A program made the position numbers and the translations under genes. Positions 51,916 through 64,000 of a DNA stretch of 64,000 nucleotides are shown here, in pieces. Position 1 is the stretch's first letter, and the number at the start of each line of letters is the position of its first letter. The stretch comes from Octopus bimaculoides (Eukaryota): positions 2,546,629 through 2,610,628 of the forward strand of contig NC_069000.1 in assembly GCF_001194135.2 (NCBI RefSeq), read 5' to 3'. A model generated the notes under the pieces. It did no database searches. It was not told the DNA's origin and was given only the letters and a program-made list of their open reading frames with translations.

Positions 51916-52549
51916 CCATCTATTTGTCTATCTATTTTCATTAGTAAAGGAAATTAATAGCTTTATGACTTTATTCGGTTAAATTTTGTGTTAGTTATAA
52001 AGAGCCCTTAATGCTGGTAAAGTATAAAAATGCCATTTATCTAGAGCTGGATCTTTTTAGTACAAAGTAATTGATATTCTAAGCTTTTAGGATTTACATT
52101 AAATATATATTAAACTTACAGAAATAGAAACTGACGCAATCTCTATATTGAATGGTTCCACATAGGAGGACACTTGTTTGTCGTCTATCGCAGTGAAATG
52201 TTCAACAAATAAATTGAAGGGTGATGATGAACGAGAAGACTCACAGGAAATACCAAATTTATTTCTGTGAAATACATGTACAACTGATATTAAGGAAATT
52301 TCTTTAACGCTCATCAGTTAGAGGTCATTTGTTTTAATAAAATACAAGCAAATATCTCAAAACTTTGGAGATTTAAAGTTCGTCATTAACGAACGAACAA
52401 AAATTTTCTAGAATCGCTGGGCCATGTGTGACAGAAAACATGTTTGCATCCTTTCCTTGGTGGATTTTGATCGGTTTTAATATCCTTAAAATGACCAAAC
52501 TAATGAAGACAAATTGCTGAGATTTAGTCATTCTATACATGCACCAGAC

Positions 52550-53600
52550 ACATAGACAGAGTAGAAGGGATCTTCAATTGAAAAATATCGCTACAAACTC
52601 CCTTGATGTCTGGAGATTAATGAAATTTATACAATTATTGTTCGTACAAAGAAAAGTTTAATGTCTACAGCAGCGCAAGAATTAGAATGTGTTAGGACTG
52701 TCATTCTACGAAATGCAGAAATACACGTAGTTAATATAGTTTGAGGGGACACAAAATGATTGAAGAAAAGGGACAAGAGTATCGTAGATACTTGAGTAGA
52801 AAGGGAGCAAAAATAAAAGCAAAACTATCTTGCAAGGTCGAGTTGAATAGTTAGCTATAGTGACCACAGGAGCCAGCTGGAGAGAGGTCGAGAGCATCTG
52901 TAAATAGCGGTTGTGTGCGTATATTTTGTACTTCATGCCAGTCAGGTTTTTGACACGGCTGATGATGTCTCTATGTGTAGCAGAAATAAAAACCTAGGTG
53001 TCAGAGAACTCCTTCAAGGCTTTTCATACATAAGCTTTGTTGCGGGTTAGTGAATAAAGCGGTCTAATGTCTACTCATTTAGCTGTCAAACCGGTAATGG
53101 GTAATTGCTAGGTAGAAAATTGGCTGTGAATAAGTTCTAACATTTGTAGTCACTTTTACGATTCTGTGTTGTTGGTAAGTCAACGTTTTCCTGATATGTG
53201 TCGTGCCAGTGTCTTTAAGTTGCTGACGGCCAGAAGATCACCCTGACCATATTGAAGAATATTTAAGATGTTCTCATTGTGACAGTGCTTATATAAAAAG
53301 CGCTGTCTTGGTTGGATATCAATAAAACTTAGGAGAGAATGATGAAAAGTATCAGTTCAGTACTTCATTGAATGTAGCTACTCGTATGTGCAGTAATAGT
53401 AGGAGATACAGTTTCAAATAAAAATCCGAATACTGAAGCGCAACAGATCTGATGGTGCAAAGGTATATGAGGGAGTCATTAATAAATGCTGAAATGGTAT
53501 GATCTAGTTAGTATGCAACCCTGCATTCAAATGATGAGTAATGGATTGTTCCAGAAGTGGGAGGTTTCGCATTGAGAATCTCGTAGTACTTTCTACTCAT
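52550..53600 (-). mobile_element. Decayed CR1/L2-type LINE 3' region
   Basis: Minus strand near 53440-53530 reads QGCIL..FSI/INDSL..LQYSD (with a frameshift), matching the RT motif QGSxLGPxLFxIFINDL..YADD; many stops downstream. Confidence 0.55.
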
Positions 53601-54239
53601 TGACGTCGAATTTCGACAATTTTGACTTTCATTCAACAACAGAAAATGTTTGAATTTAATGGAGAAAAGACCTTTTTTTTTTCAAAGTATACAAGAAGGG
53701 GATACGATTATTCGAACGAGAACGTCCTGAATAGTTGTGGGAAGAGGAATAGTTATTGCTTTAATACCAATATGCCTGAAACGGTCTCTGCTTCTCAGAG
53801 AAAAACGTTTTTTTTTCCTAGTGATCTAAATAAGGTCTTTCTTCAAAATTTCATGGATATTTAAAAAAAAAGGTTTTACAGCGTTCTAGGAAATTTTATT
53901 TGTAATGAGATCGATCAGTATTAAACATTCTTAAGATATGTAAATATATGACAAGTTTCATTATGGGGCAATTTTACTACATAAATGAATGCATTCAATC
54001 TACTTAGATGTTAATGTAATTAGTGACAAGTGAAACTAAACGATGACGATATGAAAATAAAGTATCTCGAAAATTTCGAAATTTCAGTATCAAACAGAAA
54101 TGGTTCGATTAATTTCTGAAACTCTTTATTTACTTAATGATTGAAAGCAATATCTCAGGAGCAACATCGTAATTTATTACTTTCTGAGGTCAATATTTGT
54201 TCACGAGAATCGTTCGATTTGATGTCATATCCTGGTTAC

Positions 54240-55440
54240 ATCAAATTATTTGGATGACCTTAGGTGTGTGTGACATTGAATAAATATAAATAGCATGATA
54301 TTAATCAACTCTGCTGTGCATGTTGTTAGTGCATCCGGAATAAAGAATGCTCGGAGCAATAATTTTAACAGTGGGAGATATTATTATCACGTGGAAGCAC
54401 CCTACGTTGTAAAAACTATTCCTGATTCTATACAATGATGACCGTTGTGACATGATTACTTCACACGACTGCAAACTGAATCAAGATGACCGCGTTTCAG
54501 GTAATATAAGCAATTAGCTCCATAACTACCTTTAATTTATTCAGTAAAATTACCTTTAACAAAATCCGCATTCGTGATGCCGATATTTTAACCAGGAAGT
54601 TCCGTACAAAAGGAACGTATCCATGTTAATAGACTCGGTTGACGCTGATAGTAATTCATAATTTCTTGTTTAGTATTTATTTAATTTATACATTTTTGCC
54701 TCCAAGAGATGTACCAAAGGTTTTGTTATGTCAACATGCAAGAATTTCAGGATCACATAATATGCTCTTGAAATATGATGGGATGCATTGCTTATAAGAT
54801 AACGCTATAATACCTGCTATCAAATGGAACTGTATAATGCACACCGACTGCAATTAACTTGCATTTAAAGACATGCTGCTTTCATAGAGTAATACTGGAA
54901 TCATTTTTGCGCTGACTCTTACTTAACTATCACATTATTCCTCTTTCTAATAGATTACAAAGGCTACGTGTATTAACATAAAGTCAAATTGGTGTACCCT
55001 TGATTATACACGTACCATCAATGAACAGAATCTCATCTCTATTATTAAGGCCTTGTAAGAGATGATAATGCTTCAGAACCGGAAATTGCAAACTTTGTGA
55101 CGTAATCTGGACACAACTGTCATCTCATTACGAGCAATAGCATTAGAGCATTGTTTCCTGCTGATAAAATTAGAAGCGTGGAAGTTGAAGCATTTAAATG
55201 TAATGATCGTGTAAATGAGATTAGGAGAAATGGTGATGCTCCCAATGATGATATATATTAAGAGTAGTACATCGAAGTTAGGGAACGCTGATGTTGATAT
55301 TATCGAGAGACTGTATGATCAAACTTAATGGTGAAAATTTCATTTGAAGATGTAATCATTCCACAAGTAGCATTAAGCCTTTACGTTGTTGGGCGATGTA
55401 AAGATTAATGATTCTTATAGGTACACTTATATCATTGCCA
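54240..55440 (+). mobile_element. Possible highly decayed Helitron PIF1-like helicase region
   Basis: Collinear motif remnants: VVSASGI (ASSGIA), GRYYYH..P (GRTAH..P), DCKL (CKLIIWDE), IGVPLI (KVGVPIML), FEDVIIPQVAL (GEDVLIPRIPL). Heavily disrupted. Confidence 0.4.
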
Positions 55441-56160
55441 CTTAATTTATTGTATGATATAATAATAATAATACCTTAATTGTTTTTCTCATTTACAGCG
55501 AATGAATACAGCAAACTGTTAAAACTTTACACTGACGAGTGACTAATTTTTTAAAATGTTTAAAAAATTCTAACCTCTTTCTCTTTTCTATCTTTCACTC
55601 TTTCTTTCTCGCTCTCTCATATATATTATAATATAAAAATAATCGAAAATATCGAAAAAGAAAATCTACCTAAAATAAAAAGTTTATTGAAGATTAATAA
55701 TACTAAAATACTTTAAACTCTCAGATTTACGCAGAATAATAACTATACCAAATACGAAAGTTATATATTACTTAAATAATATTATGAATTTTTTACTGTC
55801 CAATTTATAAATTTGACATTTAAATTTTTTAAAATTTATATTTCTATGATTTATTTATATGATTTATTTATATAATATAATATTTAATTTAAATTTTGAG
55901 ATTAAAATCTTAGATATATTAAGATGGTAGATGCCTCACAGCATGGATTTGGACGGGTTCTGAGTTGTAGAGTAGTGGTTCGTCTCTGAATTAGTTATAC
56001 ATACATATATATTATATGTTAGGAAACCCGGTATAATATTATATCGATTTTTGCCTGTAAGGTTTGGAATAATTTTTTTATCCCCTAATATTATTACTAT
56101 ATATATATATATATATAATCATTTGGTTTGCATCGTTATAGTTATTATTATATTTATAGC

Positions 56161-56266
56161 TAATACCTGAAGAAATGGTGATAATATGCGAAAGTATATA
56201 GTAATAATGTAATATATTATACGAAACTGATGGAAACGTTTGCAGCCTGTGATTGAAACGTCTGTT
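56161..56266 (+). ncRNA. Two tandem degenerate hammerhead-like motifs
   Basis: ATAC-CTGAAGA...GAAA-GTAT (56163-56197) and CTGATGG...GAAACGTC-TGTT (56227-56266); stem II is poor in both. Confidence 0.25.
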
Positions 56267-57838
56267 AAACTCTCGTTATCTATTCAACTTCATAAATGTT
56301 TAAGCATTTCTTTTGAATATTCATTCAGTCATCGCTGAGTAAACATATAATCTAACACATTCCTTGAGTCACACTCTCATTTGTTCTGTAACGACAATAA
56401 GTCCAAAATTCATTCATGCGGTCATAAAAAAAAAAGGTTTATTTCTTTACTTTCATATCTCGATCGTGAACATACGGAAATAATATTAGAAATTGTCTAA
56501 AATATATATGGATATAAAGACCTACATTTCTTTTTCTTAACTATCCGAACACGGGCACGGCTTTATAAATCTGTGTGTGAGAATTAAAACTTTTTAACGA
56601 CGTGCGTCTTGGCTATCCAGTTTTATACCGCTACTCTATTCTCACTTAAGTTCTCAGTCAGCATTGTTCCAGGCTGCTGTATTTGTCGTATCATTTCGTT
56701 GATTCAATATATATCTTGCGCCATACAGAAATTAATTTTCGTAAACAACACTTGCGCATTCCTTTTAAAGCGTTTCACTTATTTATTCAGTGAATTTATT
56801 GGTCATTATCAATAGCAATACATAACTGTTATGATACTAGTACGTGTGTGGTACTTGTCTCATGACATGATCTGAAAGTGAGATTCCATTAGGAAGATTA
56901 AACCACTTCTTAACGACTGTTAAAAGACTTTCTATCGTGTGTTTGTTAAAGAGAAGGATTTTCTTTCGTTTTCTTATTTATTCTTTCTCCTCCTTCTCTT
57001 CCATCCTCGTTTCTGTGCATGTTATTTCTTCTGTCGTTTCGTGTGTCGTCGTGTATAGATGTTTTGTGAGGTTTGCGTATTTACCAATGTTGAACAGTAT
57101 CAGATAACCTCTCATCAAAGTGTTGTCTGAAACGATTATTTCATTCTATCCCTATACATATCTACTTACATGTCTCTATTACTTGGAACTGATCTTTAGT
57201 ATTTGATTAAGAAGACGCTCTATTCCGACATCAACTATATCTATTGAGATACTTCAAAATAGTATATATGCGTGCTTGAATGGTCGGTGTGTATACACAC
57301 GAGTATGAATATACGTATTAAATACGTGTTTCTAAGAAACTTTACAAAAAGCCAGAAAACGGAGTTATTTATAAGGACACTACAAATTGCCTGCTGTCAC
57401 GTCAATATATAACGAAAATATCAAAAGTTTATTCCGCATTTAACAATTTTCAGAATAATATTAAAAATATTAACAAACTTTCATCGCCAACGCGTACTGC
57501 ATCTTATGAAGCCAAATTCGTTATATTTAATGAATACACAATTATATTAATCAATCAATTCAATGAGCGTACTTGCAAGATGAAACAAACCTGTTTAGAA
57601 TTAACCTTTCACATTTGTTGCACGTCTAATGTTATCATCAAACAAGACAACAGAAGACCTCTTATGCTATATTCATAGCGCTACTGCAAACGATAAGCTA
57701 TTGTCATTTTCGATGCCATTTCATTGTAGCATTTGAGAATAAGATTTCTTTGATATCTCGACACTTCAGTAATAGCACATAGCGTTCTCCGATTAAATGT
57801 ACGTACTCTACAATAAATAAGCGTGTGTGTGTGTGTGC

Positions 57839-57894
<56 letters not shown>

Positions 57895-57934
57895 TCATGG
57901 CTAATATACATGTATATATATATATATATATATA

Positions 57935-58220
57935 GGCACTACAACGACTAGGGTCCCAGCTGATACGATCAACGGAACAGCTTGCTCATTGAATTGACGT
58001 GCAAGTGGCTGATTATTCCACAGACATCGGTACTCTTCACGCTGTCCTCGGGGAGATTCAGCGTGACACGGTGACAAGTCTGGCCCTTTGAAATACAGCG
58101 GAGTGGACTAGAGCAACGTGAAATAAGGTGTCTTGCTCAGGGTCACAACGCGTTGCTGTGAATTGAGCTCATGACCTTATGAACGTTATCCGAATGCTCT
58201 ATCCACTGAGCCACGCGCCT
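57935..58220 (-). mobile_element. SINE family C, near full length
   Basis: Minus-strand head GGCGCGTGGCTCAGTGG (A-box), GAGCTCAATTC, GTGACCCTGAGCAAGACACC block and tail GTTCCGTTGATCG. Confidence 0.9.
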
Positions 58221-58439
58221 TCTCTCTCTCTCTCTCCCTCAATCACTCCCCCCACACACATATACACACTCACAGTGGACGTCGTTATTCTCGGCATAGC
58301 ACCTTTCTCTTTGTAAACATCTTTCTTACCAATTTAAACATGCAACTTCAATTTATGACAAATGGTCAGGTTTCATTATATAGTTTTTCTAACAAATATT
58401 GCACATAATTTTGTCAAGAAGCACACCAAGAGTCTCTCT

Positions 58440-58720
58440 TTTTGTGCGTTAATCGAAATTTGATGTCGGTGTAGTAGCAGAAAACCACACGTCTATACAT
58501 AAGGGGCAATAGTTTTCTCTCAGTACTTTTGAAGGATTATGCATACAAGCTTCCTTCGTAATTGTATGTAACCTGTGCTTCATGACATGTTCTGATTTTC
58601 CAACTGCAAATCGACAAAAGATTCCACGTTTGAAAATATCTCTTGGCCATCAGCCATGAAGAGCTTCCACATGGTGCAGTTTTGCTACTTGGTTGGCATC
58701 TTTGAAGGACATTTTGGAAT
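58440..58720 (-). mobile_element. Possible LINE RT N-terminal remnant
   Basis: DG..EI/IFKRG and ENYCPL loosely match the GxDGIPAEIxK and NYRPISL motifs of LINE RTs. Confidence 0.25.
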
Positions 58721-58783
58721 TTTCTTAAAGTGCAGGCTATCCTATCACTTTATATAACAGCATGCAGACATGTCGATTGCAAG

Positions 58784-58948
58784 ACCCCCCCACCCAATCA
58801 ACAGTGATCAAGGGAGCATCTATTATCGACCCCGAAAATATGAAAGTAAAGTCGACTGTAGCGGAATTTGAACTCAGAAAGTAAAAATGAACGAAATACA
58901 GCTAAGCATTTTGTCCGGTGTAATAACGATTCTACCGACTCACTACCA
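58784..58948 (-). mobile_element. SINE family A
   Basis: TTATCGACCCCGAAAATATGAAAGTAAAGTCGAC..GGAATTTGAACTCAGAA..CTAAGCATTTTGTCCGG. Confidence 0.88.
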
Positions 58949-60557
58949 CAATACCAATATTTACTGAGATGGCATTTGTTTTGTTTCGTAAATAAAAGTC
59001 TTTGATTTCCTTCTGCGGACATTTTCCGAAGACAAATATTGTCATTTAAATTCGATGATTTCTTGGTTTAACAATGCATACGCATGAAAAACTAGTCTTG
59101 AATCAAATGATAATCTATCGGAAAGGACTCTGCTGTATAAAGTTGTGATAGCGGAGGAGACATCGTTGTTCTAAACGTACCTTGTAGTGGTTGTGGCTTA
59201 ACGATCAAAGGTCTCTGCTCACGGGATATTCTGCTTCTATCGTACAAAATTATATACGATGTGAGCGGGTATGCTTATGTGTGTACGTATGCAAGCTTAC
59301 GCACAAGAGCGATCGTATGGGTGTATGTATTACAGTTTTAAAAAGTTGATCGTAGCATTTCAGGCAAATGTTGCATTTATTTTTTTTATAGAAACGGATG
59401 CAAATTTAAATATCTATATGAATACCTGTAATAATTTGGATGTACACAGAAAAGAGTGCAATAAAAAATATTTACCAATATTGACGCCTATAATGTTCAG
59501 TCATATGCTGAAAGAAATACATTGAAAAATAGCTTCACGTTGTAGGATATAAAAAGAAACGTCATGCTATTATCCATAGTGTGTATATGACCATTATTGT
59601 AACTTAAAACCAAGATAAAGTAAAATAAGAAACCACCATTTGGAGGGGAAAATGGGAGAAGCGAAAATACGTTTTTGAAATTTTGAAGCAAATAAGATTT
59701 TCAGATAAATATAGATGCAAATACAGAAAACAATTGAACGTTGTTTGCATGAAAGCAAAAAAAAGAAACAAAAACAAAAAAAAAGCAAAAAAAACATCTG
59801 ATATGAATCCTTGGGAGGAAATTATGTATTGGATAGAAAAGATTATTACCAAAAAGCTACATGAGACTACATTTGATAGTGAAGTCATCAATAAATGAAA
59901 TATACTATGATGCTTGATAAATTATAGCTAAAATATGTGATCTAATACATGGCAATATATATATGCAGTATAGACACCCGCAAGTCGCATATTCCTTTCT
60001 TTACTGTCTCTAAAAACCACTATCTGTCCTTATTTCGATTGCTATCTCCATAGCTATGTATCTCTCTATAGCTCTCCATATTTGTGTCTAGCTGCGTGTG
60101 AGAGAAAGAGAGAGAGCGAGAGAGATCTCCAGCAGTTCTGCGGAATGTAAGCCATTTGTTTTCTAATCGCACTATGCGGATTTGCCAGGCATTAATGCTT
60201 TTCTCTTTTGACAGTTCATTTCTTATTTTTCATGTTCTTTATTGAAGGGTGAGATATTAAAAATTTAGATTTCCAATTCTTACGTCAAGAGACTAAATCA
60301 ACAATGCACAAATTCTCCTTTTGATTAATTATAGAGCAATAACTCATCACTTCTCTCAGGTTTCCTCTCATGATTTACTGTATTTTGCAAGGCAATGTAT
60401 AAAGTATTTTATGGCAAACCACAATCTTGAGTCAATATTTTACTCCACATAAGCGTTGTAAATCTCTTTAGTTTCACGTTGTATGCACAATGCGTGTGCA
60501 GATACATTATGTTCATTCAACGAAATAGTGGGCCAAATGAATAATTCAAATTGATAT

Positions 60558-60748
60558 TGGTTTCAAATTTGGGCACAAGGCCAGCAATTTCGGGCATGGA
60601 GTAAGTCGATTGATACTTACTTTATCTACCCCACAAGGATAAAAGACGAAGTCGATCGCTTCAGAATTCGAACTTAGAACGTATAAACGGACGAAATGCC
60701 GCTGAGCATTACGCCCGGCCTGCTAACTATTCCGCAAGCATGCCGCCC
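60558..60748 (-). mobile_element. SINE family A
   Basis: GGGCACAAGGCCAGCAATTT..GAACTTAGAACGTA..GACGAAATGCCGCTGAGCATT..CCGCC. Confidence 0.88.
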
Positions 60749-61748
60749 TTGATTCGAATTTATATTAAAGAACCAGAATACACAGATGTACTTCTGCGTG
60801 TGAGAGGTTTTTGTAAAGTTTCCCCTTAACTTTTAATCGGAAATGGAGTTGGAGCTGTCCCTATGACACATTTCGGGGCCTCTGCGATCGATGACTAAAA
60901 CTGGGTTACTTATGACTGTTGAAAACGTTGGCTTGATAAGTAAATGTAATGAAAAGCAATTTAGGCAGAATAATAAATACAGTTAATAGAAAAAATGTAC
61001 ATGTGTATGAATATAATTGAGTTCAACTTACAGATTATAAATGATATCAGGAGATAAAATGACTAGTTTTAAGAGCCCAACACGTGTTTCTGGGGCCTTG
61101 GTAGTCCTAAAAAACAATAGTTACTTATATCCATTATCGGATGACACCGCTTCTCTCTTCAGGGGAGGCGGTTTTATCAGATAATTGATATATAATTGGT
61201 GGATATATAATTTCTTTATTTATGGATATATGTATAATGTGAGCACTCTCGAGTGTGTATATATGAGCAATTTTGCTAATGAATTTCAAACCATTTGAAA
61301 TATCAGCACTGTATGTTCACATTTTAAAACATACTTTCGTATTATATTTACAAAGATGCTGAGTTACGAAATGTGTGGAGAACGTTGTTTCGACCACAGT
61401 GCCCACTAAAATGGAATGAAAATTGCCAGAGTATAATTACAAAAGCCTAGTCGCATAAACACTACAGGAAGAGAAGACGAGAGCGTTTTAAATAAAGAAT
61501 AAAATACAAATAATCAAATTTAATTAGCACATTATTGTAACAATAGCGACAAGAAATATCAACACTATTCTAAAAAATTATGAGAAAACAAAACTTAATA
61601 CATGGAAATATAATACACAATGATATTAATTTATTTTTCATTTAAAAAATAATACAATGACGATAAGCCGATACTATATTAAATTTCACAGACACTTGTA
61701 GGGATATTTCAGTTTTCATGATACTTAAACAAATGTAGAGGTATCGCT

Positions 61749-61828
61749 ATAAGTCCTGGGGTCGATTTGCTCGACTAATGGCGGTGCTCCGGCATGGCCG
61801 CACTCAAATGACTGAAATAAGTAAAAGA

Positions 61829-61830
<2 letters not shown>
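61749..61830 (+). mobile_element. SINE family B, 3' end
   Basis: ATAAGTCCTGGGGTCGATTTGCTCGACTAATGGCGGTGCTCCGGCATGGCCGCACTCAAATGACTGAAATAAGTAAAAGAG followed by (TA)n. Confidence 0.9.
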
Positions 61831-61887
<57 letters not shown>

Positions 61888-63030
61888 GTCTGTATGTATG
61901 TATATATACATATGTGTGTGTGTGTGCGTGCGTATATATATATATATATGTGTGTGTTTATATATACATACATATGTCCGGAAGTAAAACAAGAAGCAAC
62001 ATGAAAACGTCTTACTGTGACAGCCATTACATGGTTTCCTGATGTGCTAGATATAACAGCAAAATCTAATAACTTTGAGGACACATTGGTTAAGGTCGAA
62101 CTTGCTCTGAATCCAATGTTCGCAAAATATTGATAGCAGCAGAAAAATCTACAACAGCAACACAAACTATTTATCAATAATGATAATTATTTATCAATAA
62201 TGATAATTAATATAATTAATATAAGGAATATTCTGCACTTCTCCGCTAGAGCTTCTAAGATACAGCATTTTTTGTTGATATTCTATCCAAAGTTAGATTC
62301 ATTTGCGTTGATATTCGATGCACAACACAAACTTTGACCCGCGGATCATCCGTGCACATACTAATGCTGAAGGGAACCGGAAATACTACGAATAGTAGCT
62401 TCATATTCAAAACAAGACCACGTAATGGTTTAAATATCAATATCGGATAATGGAAACGTTTCGTTTAGCGGAAGTTTGCTTTCTCTAACAACGAGAACGC
62501 ATCCGACAATAGTGAAAGTGTAAGCGATGATCTATCTCTAGGCATCGTTCCACATATATTTCTGCTGACGTAGTAATTATGCGTCGTAAACATGGTATAA
62601 ACACTCATTTGTTTAGATGTAGAGCAATCTGCACTCAGGTAGACTGGAAGACGTGGTGGAGTTCGGGACTTTGGGAATGTAGTGTTAAAACTTTTTATTC
62701 AAAACGAATAATTATTTTCAATATAAAGAGAATAATATATATCTGCTAGCTATAAACGAAAATTAATTACTGTATATAAAAGGAGACTGAAAAGATGATA
62801 TTAGAAACGAGGGAAAAGGTTTTTCTCTTTCCATTAGTGTACAATATAATTGAGAGGATTTGCACGGAAATCACTTCCATTCATCGGTGTACAGAACGAA
62901 TCGTGTGTGTGTGTCAGTGTATGTAGGTTTTATCAATATTGACATAATGATTCTACCTATACACAAGTATATATATATGTCTATTTCTCAAGTATGTCAA
63001 TGTATGTAGTACATACATATATACTTATAC

Positions 63031-63334
63031 AGGAGCACTCCGTCGGTTACGACGACGAGGATTTCAGCTGATAAGATCAACGGAGCAACTTTTTCGTGAA
63101 ATTAACGTGAATGTGGCTGAGCACTCCATGGAAACGTATACCGTTCACGTATTTCTCAGGGAGATACAGCGTGTGACAAGGCTGGCCCTTTGAAATAAAG
63201 GCATTCCTCATTTTTGTCAGCTGAATGAATTGGAGCAACGTGAAATAAAGTGTCTTGCTCAAGGACACAACGCGTAGACGGGAATAAAACTTACGATCGT
63301 GAGTCGAATTCTCTAACCACTAAGCCGCGCGCCT
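63031..63334 (-). mobile_element. SINE family C, full length
   Basis: Minus-strand head GGCGCGCGGCTTAGTGGTTAG, GTTGTGTCCTTGAGCAAGACACTTTATTTCACGTTGCTCC, tail ending CGTCGTAACCGACGGAGTGCTCC. Confidence 0.92.
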
Positions 63335-63659
63335 CCAATAATATATATACATATATATATATATATACATATATATATTGCAATAGCCCAATTAACTTCG
63401 AGCAGTAAATAGTTGTGGTATATACGGAGTATAATTCTCCCTATTCATTATTTATACATCTATCTACCTATCTAACTACTATATATATATATATATATAT
63501 ATAAAAGCCGATTAAGATATTAAACATATACCATGAAACTCCTAAATGTATTTAAGATTTTTCAGCGTCTGCCCTCCCCTTTCATTTTCTCTCTCTCTCA
63601 TACATACATACATACATACATACATACACATACATATATATATATATATGTATAGATAT

Positions 63660-64000
63660 GCAGGGCAGGGAATCGTCAATTAGTAATAAAATTAATAATC
63701 AACAATTTTGCCGGGTAGCTCAGTATGAAAAAACCTTCTTCGGTAAAAAATTTATAATCATAAATATATAGGGATTGACAGTAACCTGCTTCTCCAACAT
63801 ACTGAGAATTCAGAAATAGCAGTCAAAGAACTACTGATTTCAAAACTACAAATTATTACTCCAGATTGATAGCGATATTTTTGATACACACAGAACAAAA
63901 AACAGTAGAGAAGAGTAAAAAACACATGCCTTTAGTTAATTTAGTACAATTGTTTCACAGTTAAGAGTAAAATACTCTATTCTGATCTTCAGCTAAATAT
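63660..64000. repeat. Unclassified interspersed repeat fragment (possibly PLE-derived)
   Basis: Begins CAGGGCAGGG directly after a (TA)n tract; resembles from memory a common octopus repeat (GGGATTGACAG..TCTCCAACATAC..GATATAGCAGTC-like). Not verified. Confidence 0.3.

Noticed and set aside
54433-54480. ATGATGA...CTGA box C/D-like arrangement
   Set aside because: Only about 45 nt, no terminal stem, and inside a putative transposon relic.

Overview
AT-rich eukaryotic genomic DNA, dense in microsatellites, with eight assembly gaps (N runs at 7522-7817, 9173-9421, 10908-10917, 19939-20118, 29418-29913, 35921-36020, 46629-46885, 49912-49921). The repeat inventory looks like an octopus-type (coleoid cephalopod) genome; this is inferred from recalled repeat families, not from a search. 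There is no long intact ORF, and almost all supplied ORFs are microsatellite read-throughs or chance. The well-supported content is transposon debris: about 25 copies or fragments of three tRNA-derived SINE families, a decayed mariner transposase, RTE and CR1-type LINE fragments, three MITEs, and weaker Helitron, Copia and Penelope-like remnants. Two observations deserve follow-up. (1) A Penelope-type minimal hammerhead ribozyme motif lies at 50940-50985, with three more decayed hammerhead-like sites elsewhere. (2) A chain of 11 very short AG/GT-bounded segments on the + strand (13476-44383) can be spliced in one open frame into a hydrophobic peptide, a candidate micro-exon gene. The second is only a hypothesis, because similar-looking single hits also occur by chance on the minus strand.
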